From: Octopus vulgaris
Taxonomy: Eukaryota
Assembly (NCBI GenBank): GCA_951406725.2
Contig: OX597814.1
Span: 206,522,001-206,586,000, forward strand
Direction: 5' to 3'
Length of the DNA stretch: 64,000 nt
Under the pieces are notes generated by a model. It saw only the letters and a list, made by a program, of their open reading frames with translations, was not told where the DNA came from and ran no database searches. Made by a program: the position numbers and the translations under genes. Shown one piece after another: positions 1-12,947 of this stretch. Positions within the stretch are counted from its first letter, which is position 1. Each line of letters opens with the position of its first letter.

Positions 1-630
1 TCATCTCATTGATAAAGCTGGAATTCACCCACTGCCAGACGAAGTTGAAGCTAATAACAAATTTCCAATACCAAATTCTTTACAAAAAGCATTGAGAATT
101 TTTAGGACTCATTAATTTTTAGAGACGTTTCATTCCACAATTGCACAGAAATTCTATTTCCTCTAACTGAATTATTAAAGAATAGGAAAAAGAAAAATGA
201 AGCTATAGCTTTAAAAGGTGAAGAATTACAGGCCTTTCATTGCATAAAAGGAAAACTTTGTGAAGAAACACTTTTGAGTCATCCGGTTCCTGAAGCAAAA
301 TTATCATTAGTAGTTGATGTTGGAATCGGTGGAGTTTTACAACAGTTTCATTGTGGTTCTTGGCCACCATTATCATTCTTTTCAAAGAAATTCAAGGCAC
401 CAGAAACGAAACACAGTGTTTTCGGCTGAGAATTATTGGCAGCTTACTTGTTAACTAAATACTTCAGACATCTTCTTGAAGGTAGGTCATTTACATTATT
501 TACTGACCATAAACCATTGACACATGCACTAAAAAATTCTTCTGAAAAATATTCTCCCAAATAAATTAGACACCTTGATTATATTTCACAGTATACTGTG
601 GATATACAGTATATGAAGGGTGTTGAAAAT
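1..630 (+). mobile_element. Ty3/Gypsy LTR retrotransposon pol remnant (end of RT plus RNase H), frameshifted and with stops
   Basis: Manual translation across frames gives FLGLINF, LSHPVPEAKLSLVVD, PLSFFSKK, ELLAAY, FRHLLEGRSFTLFTDHKPL and IRHLDYISQY...IQYMKGVEN, which are canonical Gypsy RT/RNase H motifs. Confidence 0.9.
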
Positions 631-987
631 GGATCTTTTCACTTTGACCGGCAGATTTTAAAAATAATTTCTTTGTAACTAAACACTTTTAAACTTCGTA
701 TACTGATAGAATGTGTCGCATAAAACATTTTTTTCTCTTGGCTTTCTTGAGAAAATTCTGTATTTTGTAAGTTATTTCTTGTTTAATTTCTTGTATTTCG
801 GCAATTTCAACCAATTAATGATGTCTTTTGAGGTGAATACAATTACTGCTGTTGCTTGCAACAAGTTCAAGAACAGCTTCCAGTGGTACGTGTATTTGTT
901 TACATTTGAAGAAGATCGTCACTTTCCGTAAAATTTTTATTTTTTTATATATGTGGGGTTAGGGTGAGGGTTAAGGTTAGGGTTAGG
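631..987. mobile_element. Half of a Merlin-related MITE (one TIR arm), ending in telomere-like TTAGGG repeats
   Basis: Starts GGATCTTTTCACTTTGACC and shares ~190 bp with the arms at 30071, 31114 (reverse) and 35790. It interrupts the Gypsy pol and ends in ggggttagggtgagggttaaggttagggttagg. Confidence 0.75.
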
Positions 988-1458
988 TGTGATATTTCTA
1001 CTGGTATTTCTAAACCATTTGTGCCTGAAAGACATAGAAAAGTTGTTTTTTCTACCTTACATAATTTATCTCATCCTGGTATTGGAGCTTCATTAAAATT
1101 AATATCGAGTCAATTTGTTTGGCCCAGCATGAATAAGGATATTCGTTCTTGGGTTCAATCGTGTATGCAGTGCCAAGAAGCAAAAGTGAATCATCACATT
1201 AAAGCACCATTAGGTACTTTTGCAAATTCTGATGTTCCTTCTTTTACAAGTAAATTACAAAATATTAAAAGTTTCCTCCCTTCCGATATCAATTCTTGGA
1301 CTCATGTATTTATATGTTATGATGCTAGTCATCATTCACTGAATTATAAATACACTGGACCTTTTAAAGTTTTGTCAATTAAAGATAAAACTATAACTTT
1401 GGATATGCATGGTAAGAAACAGATTATCAGTTTAGACAGATTTAAAAACACTGAATAG
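988..1458 (+). mobile_element. Gypsy integrase remnant: HHCC zinc-binding region joined to the GPY/F C-terminus, catalytic core deleted
   Basis: ORF 964-1458 reads LHNLSHPGIGAS...FVWPSMNKDIRSWVQSCMQCQ, then YTGPFKVL...ISLDRFK, with no DD35E core between them. Confidence 0.85.
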
Positions 1459-1729
1459 AAAGCAGAGGTGATGGGAGTTGCAGAGAGCAAGCTCATCATT
1501 CAAGCCCATGGGTTGACGCAAAACATCGGATGGAAGGCAGAGGCGATGGGAGTTGCAGAGAGTAAGCTCATCATTCAAGCACCATTCAACCGTGGGTTGA
1601 TGTCAGTGCTGCCTGACTGGTTCCCAGTGCCAGTGACACGTAATAAGCACCATTCAAGTGTGGATCAATGTCAGTGCCACCTGACTGGCTCCCTATGCCA
1701 GTGACAAGTAAAAAGCATGTAAAAAGCTG

Positions 1730-1850
1730 TAGAAACCTTGCCAGGTGAGATTGGAACCTGGTATGGCCTCCTGGCTTGCCAATCCCCAGTCAAACCGTCC
1801 AATCCATGACAGCATAGAAAATGAACATTCAACAATGATGATGATGATGT
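1730..1850 (+). mobile_element. Retroposon 3' tail ending in (GAT)n
   Basis: cagtcaaaccgtccaatccatgacagcatagaaaatgaacattcaacaatgatgatgatg resembles a LINE/SINE 3' end with a short-repeat tail. Confidence 0.4.
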
Positions 1851-2822
1851 ATTTGTATCTATATAGATAGATCGATAGATAGACAGATACACATGTGATT
1901 AATCTATAATAGTGGTTAATATATTCTTAAGGTCAAATTTGAATCACTCATAAGAACTTCTAGCCTCCATCGCTAAGTCAGTTCCAAACCAAATTCCATT
2001 CAGTTTTTTTTTCGTAATAATGGTCCATCCAAATCTACATTTGGATATAAATAATTGAAATTTCATCATCATCATCATCATCGTTCATTAGAAAAAAAGT
2101 TAGGTCAAAATATTTGAGGTGAAAATGAGAAAGTCAAGTGAAAAATTGATTTTGAATCAAAATATTTGAATTATTTTTAAAGAAATTGACTTTCAAAGAA
2201 TGTGCTCAATGAGATGAATTTTTTGTGAGGAACTCATTAAGAGATATTAGCCACAAAACAGTGGTGTGGCTTTAAATGACCAAAAATATGTTAAGTAACC
2301 CCCCAAATTGACTTTAAATCAAAATATGTGAATTATTTTAAAAGGAAATTATACAAAAGTTGTGTTAGAATGAAAGTGCTCTATGATAGGAATGTTACAG
2401 TGAAAATATTGTCAATAGATATTAGCAATAAAACAAGTGACGAAAACAAAAGGTGATTATTTTTAACGAATTAAAATATTTCTGTAATTTTAAGATATTT
2501 AGCATTATAGAAGATAGTAGATGATGTCAGGGTTTACTTAATGGTACAGCTTAACTGAAATTAAAAAGGTACACACTTTGATTCTCTGTAGTGGCTTGTG
2601 AGGCCACTCTTCTTTTTGTGTGTCTTTCAAGGGTATTTACCTGATCTGCTAAGCTGTTTTCACAGCAATTCTATATTCAGGTTTGTTTTATTTTCTGCAA
2701 AAATATCACCTCACTTGGTACCTTAAAGTTTGTCTCTCAAAATATATCATTCACCCATGGCAGTCAGCATTTCGAGGATTCATCACAAATTCAGTTATTT
2801 TCAATTCAAGTTAATATTTTGG

Positions 2823-3021
2823 AATTTGAAATTTCTTTGTATTAAGCAGGTGTATGCATCTTGGGAAGTCATCTGGGAGCGAGAGGTGGAGTTACCGTGA
2901 TGGTTCAGAAAAATCTGGATCTTGCAATACAGATGATCTTCCTGGATCCGGAAGGTAGGTTGGTGGTTTTGGACGTGAAAGACTGTGAAGGACATACTTT
3001 CAGGTTAGTTGCTGTCTATGC
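2823..3021 (+). mobile_element. Tx1/L1-clade apurinic-like endonuclease fragment
   Basis: Translates to GGVTVMVQKNLDLAIQMIFLDPEGRLVVLDVKDCEGHTFRLVAVYA, matching the D.eGR.....v..........v.vYAP segment of LINE endonucleases. Confidence 0.7.
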
Positions 3022-3212
3022 ATCATCATAATAAACATCATGACCATGATGTTTATTATGATGATGCTCATGATGATGATGATGATGATGATGAAGATGA
3101 AGATGGTGATGATGATGGTGATTATCATAGTGATGATGATGATGTTGATAATTTTATAATGATGAAGCTGATGATAATGAATGTGCTGACAATGGTAATG
3201 ATGCTGATGATG
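3022..3212. repeat. Imperfect (GAT)n microsatellite
   Basis: Direct inspection. Confidence 0.9.
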
Positions 3213-3312
3213 GGTAAAGGTTTTATTGTTTTATTTCTGTAAATTTTCACAAGTAGTATTTTTGAAAATTTATGTCTCAAAGAGAAAATTTTAGAAAAAT
3301 ATGATGTATGTA

Positions 3313-3530
3313 TGTCTGTGTTTGTCCCCCCCCCCCCAACATCGCTTGACAACCGATGTTGGTGTGTTTACATCCCCGTAACTTAGCAGTTCAGCAAAGA
3401 GACTGATAGAATAACTACTAGGCTTACAAAGAATAAGTCCTGGGGTCGATTTGCTTGACTAAAGGCGCTGCTCCAGCATGGCTGCAGTCAAATGACTGAA
3501 ACAAGTAAAAGAGTAAAAGAGTAAAGAGTA
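3313..3530 (+). mobile_element. SINE family A, 5'-truncated copy
   Basis: Matches the 3' half of the full copies at 29400-29812 and 56785-57190 and ends aaatgactgaaacaagtaaaagagt. Confidence 0.85.
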
Positions 3531-3546
3531 AAAAATAAATAAATAC

Positions 3547-3581
3547 CTTTCTCTGCCATGATTTCAACAGGTATTTTTACT
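3547..3581 (-). CDS. Candidate 35-bp start-codon mini-exon (ATG at 3559, M-A-E-K, phase 1 donor) of a left-pointing gene
   Basis: Minus strand reads ttttcttttcattttgcag|agtaaaaatacctgttgaaatcATGGCAGAGAAAG|gtattt: strong acceptor, ATG in A(-3)/G(+4) context, GT donor. It lies downstream of the minus-strand donors at 14346 and 29840. Confidence 0.35.
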
Positions 3582-3939
3582 CTGCAAAATGAAAAGAAAA
3601 TAATTAGGAAAAAACATCGTTAAGGCATTGAATACATCATTTGTACTCAAAGTTGTTTTTCACTCCCTCTCTCTCATATTATTTCTCTTTCTCACAGTTA
3701 AGGGAGAGATGAAAATCCTTCCCCCAGTTATTTGAAACAACATCCTAACACCTCCAATATCCACCTGCATCCAATTCTTCAAGTGGTTCACGCACATCCG
3801 TGCAAGTGAAGAATACTGCTTACAACATGCCTCCAACCATAATGTCTACAGAATGACTTGTGGATTCGGATTACTCGGTCAAATGTAATGCCTGTCTATT
3901 CACATTGTTTTGAATCGATGCCATTATCACATGGCTTAA

Positions 3940-4159
3940 CCCTTTTGTTACCGTATTTATTTTGAGATGCTCTGTGTTTCTTTCAATTACTTTAAGTATA
4001 ACAAAGAATTTAGTAAAATAACTTAGTTATCATTAAGCTAATGTTAGGAACATAAACTGTGACTAAGGTTTGGTGGAAAATTTTAATTCAAAACTTATGA
4101 AAACAAGACATTTGTACTACAGAGCCAGAGAGGTTTCAGCCAGGCTGGTAATGAAAGGG
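3940..4159. mobile_element. piggyBac-like MITE (~220 bp)
   Basis: TTAA-CCCTTTTGTTACC at the left end and GGTAATGAAAGGG-TT(TT)AA at the right; imperfect CCC...GGG TIRs with TTAA-like flanks. Confidence 0.5.
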
Positions 4160-5018
4160 TTTTAAACATTGTGATAATGTGATTATTTTTTTAGCATGAC
4201 GTTGTAGGGCAGGTGTTCTAGGGGCTGGATCTTGCCAGTTTAAATATAAAACATGTTATATGTTTGGGCCAGATATGGCCAGTTTAAACGCTAAAAGGTT
4301 AATTGTCAACATTGTGCAAGGTAGTAAGGTTTACATGTGTTTGGGAGAAAGTACAAAAGATATTTTCACATTTAACAAAGTCAGCTGAATAACGTGTTAG
4401 CCAAACGTGTGATAGAAAATGAATGCACAAATGCCTGTGTTTATAAAATCAAAATGTTTACCAGTTGACAATGGTTGACAGCAAGCAAAAACACTGTACA
4501 TTTTTTAAGCTGGTAGGAGTTATTGTCATGGAATGTGCAAACAAGGGGCTCTGTATGATTTTGCTCAAAATGCAAGTGAGTCTGCAGTGTGTCTACCATC
4601 AGCAAGTGAAGTCTGCATATGTGTGCAGTAGGTTCAGAGAAAGATGTGCAGCAGTTGGACAGTCTTTTCCCAGTGTGTTTTCTGCCAACAACACCTTGGT
4701 CTTTAACCACATAATACGGCAATGGTGATTGGTCAATTGTTTCGTTGGGGTTGTGGTACTCCTGTCACAATGCCAGTCACCGTGACTCCTGCTAAAATGT
4801 GGAAAGCAAAGAAACCAAATCTGTTGCTGTTTTTTTTCGTTTCGTTTTTTAACAGATTAATGTGCAACTTTTGGATTACAACTGGCCAATCAACAAGGCT
4901 CAGCAAATTCTCAACAAGCCATTCTTTGGTGCCTTACCAATGCATTACATAAAGATTCTTCAAAGTTGAATATAATCAGAAAGGAGTGAGTTGCCTTAGT
5001 CACAGGATGGTTTACCAA

Positions 5019-6320
5019 TCTATATTAATCATCCTATAAAGGCTGTTATGTCTGTCTGTCTGTACCCTTTTCATGGTGAAAAGGCTGGACCAATGGTCAC
5101 AATGTTTTTCAAAATTACCAAGGAGGTAATCAGGAAGGATTTTAATGAAAAAAATTTTGTATGCATAAAGCTGTGTAATGCTTTATTAAATTTTCCTTGG
5201 TTCCATGTCATTATGACCTGGAAACAGTAATCAGGAATTGGTAGGACTACCAGGAAAGCTGCCACAATAAAACGTAAGAGACAATCTAACAGTGAATACA
5301 GACAAGCCCAATAGAATAAGGATACTGAAGGTCATAGAATTCCCCGTGATACAGAAGTAAGAGCATCAGAACATGGCAGGGATACGCTAGCTTGCCAAAT
5401 AACACAGAGGAATCCTCAAGTTAGAGCTTCAGAACACGTGAAAGATAATGCCTTGGTTAGCATTTCCCTTGCTGGATATGACAATGAGTGGATTACAGAT
5501 TGACAGCGATTCAGGAAAACTTTATCGAGAGTAATATTCCATTATCATACCATTCTCACTACTGCGGAAGCTTGGGTGATTATCTATGCCCACATTGTTA
5601 TTGAAAGCACTGGCCAGCAGAACCACTTTCCCTCTGTTACAAAATGGTAAAGTTCAGCTGGAACCCATTCTGAATTTGTTGGCAGACAGTGTGTCATTAT
5701 GGAATGATAACAATTTCATAACAAATATTCGAGAGTTTAATAATGCACACAGATTCGTTGTGTTGTTGATTTAATCTCACATTTATGATCCAAGGTAAAG
5801 TGTATCACGCCATTCGAAGTTTAATGCCAGAAGCCAGTCAAGTGCCATCATTCGCACAGCTGTACTTCTTTGATACACACTACAAGAATCGGATGAAACA
5901 TGAATGATTTGCAGGCAGATATATTCATGACACTACAAGGTTATATTCAGCAAGTAAATCCATGTTTAGCATCATTTCAAGATGCTGTAGAACTTTCGAT
6001 AACTGAAGTTATTTCAATCCTTCTACACCGTGACAAAAAGCTCAAACCATCCAAGGCTCACTGTTGCCGGAACAACTTGTCTATGAATCCAGAGGAGGCT
6101 GCATTGGTTCCGGATGATATCAAGAACCCTCTAGATGTAATCATACACTGTCATAATGGACATGTTCAGTGAATAAACTCTATCCACTGATCATACGATC
6201 CACTGCATTATGTTCTGCTACTACCGGAGGGATTAGATGGTTGACAGGTCAATATGAAGATATCAAATGGACAAACATTAACAGCGATGAATTTTTACGT
6301 TTACCAACTGCAGGTAAGAA
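5019..6320 (+). mobile_element. Helitron 5' end plus decayed N-terminal region of the RepHel ORF
   Basis: A|TCTATATTAATC start followed by (TGTC)n. Translation gives SGIGRTTRKAA, CPHC..KHWPAE, QNGKVQL, NIREFNN, QGKVYH, SFAQLYFFDT, QVNP, SYDPLHYVLLLPEG and TAMNFYVYQLQVR, all typical Helitron motifs. Confidence 0.85.
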
Positions 6321-6499
6321 CTGTGTGTGTGGGATGGCTTGTGTTTCAGGTGTTAGAGGTAGTGGTGTCGATGCAGTGTTTGTTTGGGTTGTATTTGTTT
6401 TTGTTTGTTTTTGTTCTTTTTACTTCTTTTGTGGATGAAGATTGTTCTCATTTGTCCATATGCATGTTTGTCTTTCTGTTCCTTTTCTGCTTTTTTTTT

Positions 6500-8070
6500 T
6501 TTTTGTGATTTTAACTCCCTCTCCTCATCTTGATCCAACTCTCCATCTGTGTGTCAATCAGTTTCACATCGGGAAGTGGAACATATCTGGGGGCTGAGAA
6601 GTGTCTGAGAGAACTAAGTATCAGTATGGTTGGTATTGGTGGTGCCATGGCTGAATCTGCTGATGGTGATGCTGCTGTTGTCACTGGAGATCTGGTGGTT
6701 GTTGTTGGTGTAGGGAGGAGAGGTGTCCGTCTCGCTTTTTCTTTCAGTCTATGGCAGAAGGCTTTTAAATGATTAGTTGGAAAACAAATGTGGCACTTTG
6801 CTTTCCTTCCATCCACCTTGACTGGAATAATGGCAGAAGGCTTTTAAATGATTAGTTGGAAAACAAATGTGGCACTTTGCTTTCCTTCCATCCACCTTGA
6901 CATTCTTTTGGGTCATGAGGAGTTCTATCATCATCCTAGACCAGTTCTCTTTTTTGGTCTGATAAGCTTTGGAGATTTTCAGGTTTTCCTTGATACCTAT
7001 CATGAATGCAGCAATTAGCCAAGGAATGGCTATTTTTTATGGTATATGTTGATTAATGGATATGGTCAGTCTCTGGCCGCAGTAGAAAAGAACCAACAAC
7101 AGCTCCTCACTTTTGTAGGGTTTTATAGAGCAAGACTTAGTTTCTGCCTCAGTGCGAAATCAGTCCTCCACCATTCCACAGACCCTTCCTCTCTGTATAT
7201 ATTCCTTTAGATTCTAGAAGAAACCTAAAGCTTTTTGTATTTGAACCTCTGTGGTGCTTTCTACTCTCTTTGATTTTAATCTGATTGTACAGTACGTCAC
7301 TTGGAAACATATTGTATCCTGGATAGCCTGAAAGGGAGTATTTAGCTTTACAGCTAGTCCTTCTCTCTTAACTACCTGTCTGGCATTTATAACTTTCTCT
7401 TCTCTTCAGAGAATCTGATTCTGTGAAGAGACATCTTGGTGGCATAAGCGAAGAAAGGTTTAGAGCCATTCCAAGGCATTGCACCAGCCTGTTCTTCAAC
7501 TCTTTCATCACTTTTATTGTTGTTGTTGTTGTTGTTGCTTTCGCTGCAGCCAATGTTGTTGTTGTTATCACCCCTGCTATTGTTGTTGGTGGTAGTGGTG
7601 GTGGTGGTGATGCTGTTGTTGTTGCTGTTGCTGCTGTTGCTAATGCTTTTGCATCATGCTTCACTTTGCTCACTGTTCACATCTCCGCAGTTGCCACTTT
7701 GACTTTGAACTATGTTTTTGGAAACAGAGCTGCCAACTTTCCAAAGAACCCCCAAGAAATCCTTCTCACAAGAAATTTGCCCTGTTGTCTTCCCTATTCC
7801 TTTTTGAACCAAAATACAGCTGTCGTCTGTCTTTTCACAAAGCATACCATTGCTCGTCGCTCTTTCACTCTCTCTTATGAACGTCTTGAGACACTCCTTA
7901 CTCTCTCCCCCTCTCTCACATATGAGCATCACCGTGTTTTGATGTGCCTTCTCCTTGAAGATGGGGAAAGCTCAAACAACTCCAGATAGGAAAGCAAAAT
8001 TAATTGAGCCATCCCTCTGGGGACAAACAGGAAAATAAAACTCACCACTAGATAGCAACCAGCCTGTCGT
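6500..8070 (-). mobile_element. Non-LTR (probably Tx1/L1-type) ORF1 remnant with CCHC zinc knuckle
   Basis: CHICFPTNHLKAFC fits CX2CX4HX4C. It is flanked by low-complexity T/A/P-rich and K-rich segments, with many stops. Confidence 0.55.
6751..6901. repeat. Exact 72-bp duplication (6751-6822 and 6830-6901) covering the zinc knuckle
   Basis: atggcagaaggcttttaaatg...catccaccttgac occurs twice, separated by tggaata. Confidence 0.95.
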
Positions 8071-8172
8071 CCGTGATGGCACAAGGACTGAAGGGTGCAA
8101 ATACACTTAAATATGTTCCTCCTCGCAAAATCAACAGAGTGATGTTGAGCAAGGCTTGATAGGCTGATGGCC

Positions 8173-8211
<39 letters not shown>

Positions 8212-8542
8212 TGACTATAAGACCGACTCAGCCTTATAATAATAACATCATTATAAATAGTAATAATTGTGAAACTACAGTAGTGAACTAATAAATAATA
8301 AGATAGGGATTATAGTAGTAAAAGTGAAATGATAATAGTGAATGAGTAAATAATCACCCAGATTGATAATTAGCCAGAATGGTTAACAAATGGAGCTGTG
8401 AAACCATCGAGTCATCGACAACTAAACTAGCAACCCCACTAAACTTACTTGATGAGCACGGTGGATTTTTGACACCCTGTGGAAGTAAAAACAAAACCCA
8501 GCAAAGGGGTTTACATATAGTGGAATGATAAAATAAAAAGTA

Positions 8543-9124
8543 CTAGCTGACATATCTGGTAATTCCCAGGAAAGCAGGCTTATCCCTTGGTTCCGTTCTC
8601 ATAACTGTTTCACTAATCCAGTAACAGCAATACAAAGTATGTAGCCCTTAAAACGGTTTTGTGCATTTACAGAGAATACCGAACTGTCTTACACAGGATC
8701 TTGTTTTTAGGAATTCCCAATAAGTTACGAATGCCCAAATTGTGAAGTCAGCTATGTAATAATTAGTAACCCGATAGTAAGAGTTCAAATAAAGTAGCCC
8801 TGAAAGGGACTTTATTGCATTCCCAGAATATATAGAACTTGGGAAGAAATACTAATACGGTATGTATACTAAAATTGTGAAACATGTTACGTAATAAGAG
8901 GTATGAGATAATAACACTTCAAAGTATATAACTCTGAAAAGGCTTTTGTGCGTTCCCAGAGAATATTACCCTCAGCGGTACTAGTGTTGGTATATTCGTG
9001 AATAAATCACTAACCGAAATAAGTGGATTTATTGTTTAGGAAAATACTATTTACTTGTTTAAGGGTTGCACTGGATAAATTGAGAAAATAACTAAAATAG
9101 TTCAAATACTAAGAAATAAGCATA
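8543..9124 (-). mobile_element. Non-autonomous Helitron, 3' part; near-identical to 16840-17422
   Basis: Minus strand ends CTAG|T after a ctgggaattaccag hairpin. About 580 bp are nearly identical to the copy at 16840. Confidence 0.8.
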
Positions 9125-9189
9125 CTGAAAATGAATGGGTTATTTCCCTTGGTGGTTATTTTCGAGAAGGAATGGGTTATTTCCCTTGG

Positions 9190-11430
9190 AAGTATTATGG
9201 ACTTGGATGACAGATGAATCTGTGTGTAGCACAACAGCAGCTGTTCAACATAATTCAACAAGTCAGCAATACTGAGACCCTGAACAAATGTATGCAGATT
9301 GGTTTCATTTCTCGGTGAGCACCTCGGATTAGCCTGCCTGACAGCACATCCATGCCTGTAGAGTTTATCGCAAACTGATAGCATCCCCTCCACTGGTAGC
9401 ACTACCAGGCCAAAGACATCTGGAAATTATCCACAATGGTCCCCGACTGGAAAGTCCTTTGGAATAGACTTGCCAGTTCATCTTCACTGACACCTAGGGT
9501 CCCCCGGAGGACATCATCACACTTCCCTGCTACTAATCCTCTGCAAATATCTGAAGTGGAAGATCAACCTATCCTATTGCCTGACTTGTAGAGGACAGAG
9601 CAGGCCTGATGACATTCTAAGTGTCAGGCGCCCATTCTTGGCCTATCCTTTACCCATTTCCATCAAGGAGACAAGCTATGGAAAGACGTGTCTCACAAAC
9701 AGTCCATACATGTTCACCTTCTAGAAATCGCAGCAGACGGTGCAATCTGAGTGTGTGTCTGCACATCAAAAGCCATGGCATGCTTAAGCTGCCACACAGA
9801 GGGAGTTGGCAGCAAACTGACCACTTGACCATTGGAACATATCACTCCTACAAGAAAATAAACAGGAGAAGTTCCAATCTGATCCAACGAGAACTGGGGT
9901 AAGTGCGACGGTCAGACAATAAATATTAACAGAGGCGACATACGCATTTGTCACCTCTGCTCGACCTTTCAGGGACAGCTTCCACTATGCCCATTTCTGG
10001 GTAAGACAGGTCACCCTGTTCATCACCTTTTCCCAATTCTGGAGTTCGGTAACATACCAGATCCCAAGCAGTTTAAGTGGTCCATCAGCCCAGCGTCCGA
10101 CGGCATCGATATGCCTCTCCAGGTGCCCAATCATGATCCCACTGACTTGCTGGCATTGGTTTTAGCCCCTGCAACTAACTCATATTCCTTTACAATGGGG
10201 CTGACTGTTTCTACTTTGGAGGCATCCAACACTATGACGATGATATCACTTGCATATGCACCTCCACTTAGTCCAATTTTGAAAGGGAGGTCTCTTGACT
10301 GTTCCAACTTCCACAGTAGTGGTTTGAGAGCCAGCTCGTACAGAAGAGGTGACAGTGAGCAGCCCTGATGGACCGAACAAGCGATCCTAAATGGTTCAGA
10401 TAGGTGGCAGGTGCTGCTGTGCATTACAGCAATCCAGCATCTGAAAATGAGTCAAAAACTGGCTGTTTTAAGGATGGCTTCCAAGTTGTGATGGTCTACT
10501 CTATTGAAAGCTTTTGACTGATCTAAATTGATCAGGTTTTACAGGAACTAGCTTTAATTCCATCTCTCTCTACAATGTATCACATAAGGTGGAGATTGTC
10601 ATGGATAGACCTGCTCAAGATTGTGTACATTTGTGCCTCCCCGACGAGACTAACAATGACAAGTGCCAACTTTTTCACAAATAACTTGACCAAAATCTTA
10701 AACTCTGTGTTTAGCAGAGTTATGGCCTAAAATTCCCTAGTATGTCCCCATTGTCGGCATCCTTTCCCAGTAGTATTACCACACCCTGGCTAAGGGCACT
10801 AGGAATTCTTCCGTTCGGCTGCCAGTTATTGTAGACATCTGGCAAGAGGCTTCCAAATAAATCTTGCATGTAAACATAGAATTCGTGGTGCAAACCATCC
10901 AAACCACATGATTTGCAACTGTGCAATAGCTCACCACTTCCTGTATTTCAGAGGCTGTAATCAGCCTTCTGCAGAATCTACTGTTCGTCACTGAGAGCGG
11001 TGGTAGACCATCCAAGTACAAAATAAAGTTCGCTACTGTCGTCAACCCATCATGCTCTCCAAACAGCCATGCAAAGTGCTGCTGGAAAGCCACAGACATC
11101 TGCTCAGAATCAAATAGCACGTATTTATCCTCATCCGTCAAAGACTCGATTGTGGGTTTTTTTCCACATTCTGTCTCCACAGTTCGGGCCCATGGAATAG
11201 CTTTAGTTCTTTCGTGTTTTAGTGCATAGACCTCAGCTCTGATAATGCACCCTTCATGTTTTGGCTCAAAGAAATGGTCAAGGGCCATTCTTGCTGGGAG
11301 AAGGGTAACTCTAAACCCTCCATCAATCACGTCAGATGGAGGGTTTAGTGTTATCCTTCTCCCATCTCTTTTTACAATTTTTCTTGCCAATTTTAATTCT
11401 TCATCTATGTGGAAATTTTCCATATTTCCC
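9190..11430 (-). mobile_element. Tx1/L1-clade ORF2 remnant (tether, RT, C-terminal Cys region)
   Basis: KSCGLDGLHHEFY, GVVILLGK, NFRP, NLDQSKAFNRVDH, SVHQGCSLSPLLY, AYASDI, AGAKTNASKS and ETNLHTFVQ; multiple frameshifts. Confidence 0.85.
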
Positions 11431-11547
11431 ACTGCAGATGCAAAAGACCCAGAGGCGATATTTGCATTTTTTATGTTTCATTTGTTTCGTATTGTTGTTG
11501 CTGTTGTTCTCATAGTTGACACTGAAAGTTTTGACGTTGCTTAGAGG

Positions 11548-11930
11548 TGAAACATTTTTTATAATATATAACGAAATTATTGTATACAGTGCTCAGGTGC
11601 ACCACAACTTGTCAAAAGTGCGTATAAAGCATCTGCAGTAATGTACAAATGTCCGGGAAGTGAACAGTGTATGAGTCAGATACATGCTTGCGTGTGTATG
11701 GAGGGGAGAAAATCAGGTGTAGTATTGGCGAATCTCAGGAAGCTTGGAAGTTTTGAAGGATGCAGTGCTCCGACAACTAACAACTGATGCCGGCAGTTTG
11801 TTCCATGCTTCAGCAACTCTTAGCGTGAAAAAATATTTCCGAAAGTCATGGGAGCTGTGCTGTTTTCTGACTTTGTAAATATGTCCACTAGTGTTAGACA
11901 GGTGGAGTTTGAAAAGGTGCTAAGAATTAG
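11548..11930 (-). mobile_element. CR1-clade LINE 3' end
   Basis: NTSGHIYKVRKQHSSHDFRKYFFTLRVAEAWNKLPASVV...SFK matches the CR1 C-terminal TRGH...FF..RV...WN.LP motif, followed by a 3' UTR. Confidence 0.85.
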
Positions 11931-12682
11931 TTTCTTCCTCATGTCATTAAGTCTAGGTCATTCAATATTCATATTCGAAGTTCTTTCCCCATTCTCAATT
12001 TTTCCCGACTAGGAATGCATTCCTTTCTCGAAAATTATGATGGCTTCTTTATCAGCCATCTTGAAATAACTACAGAAAATTGCGATATATTTGTTTCTGC
12101 TGAAGGCGGTTAAAATTCAAAAATTATTGAAGCACACGTCCTGCAAAACAGCAGGTGTCTCAACACAAAAATACTTTCTACACAGTTCAGACAATCTCAG
12201 AAATGTAACGGTAACAAAAGTATTGAAAAGACGGGGCTTTAGAAGGCCAGCTTTTCAACTTATAGAGCACCAAATTTCCATGTCTTCACAGTATGGCTGC
12301 GGCAACAACAACAGCAGCAGCAATAGTAACAACAACAACAACAAATAAAAACTCGGATTTTGTGAATTTTCCGAAGCCCTCTCCCCACCCCCTTGGAAAA
12401 GATTTTACTCACGAAATTCTTTATAATTGTATTCTATGCCCTTTGAATGGTATTTTTTTAATAAAATTTCATTAAAAAATCCCCATTTTCCAAAAAGTTA
12501 CGAAGGAAAAGCTCGGATGTTGTGAATTTTCCGAAGTCCTTTCCTCACCCTCCCGTTGCTTTGCGCGCATTTTTTTTTCCATATTCGTTTCCTACACTTT
12601 GCTTTACACCCATTCCAGTATTTTTTTTTATTTTCATTTCTGGGGCAAGATGTAAACATTAATCAATTTTTCTTTTAATCTA

Positions 12683-12860
12683 GGGACAAGGGGCCAGCCG
12701 ATTAGACCTACAACAATACGCAACTGGCACTTAATTTATCGATCCCGAAAGGATGAAAGGCAGGGTCGACCTCGGAGGAACTTGAACTCAGAACATAAAG
12801 ACAAACGAAATACTGCTAAGCATTTCGCCCGACGTGCTAACGATTTTGCCAGCTTGCTGC
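12683..12860 (-). mobile_element. SINE family B (tRNA-like head, Meta-like central domain)
   Basis: Reverse complement contains gttctgagttcaag...gcctttcatcctttcgggatcgataaattaagtgccag. Confidence 0.8.
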
Positions 12861-12947
12861 CTTATGAGTGACAATAAAATTAAGACAGAAAATGAATAGC
12901 TGTAAAAAGAAGATGACGTAACGTGTAAATATACTTCCGTGATCAAG

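Noticed and set aside
6500-11430. A single full-length Tx1 element (ORF1 plus ORF2)
   Set aside because: On the minus strand ORF2 lies upstream of ORF1, so these are separate fragments.
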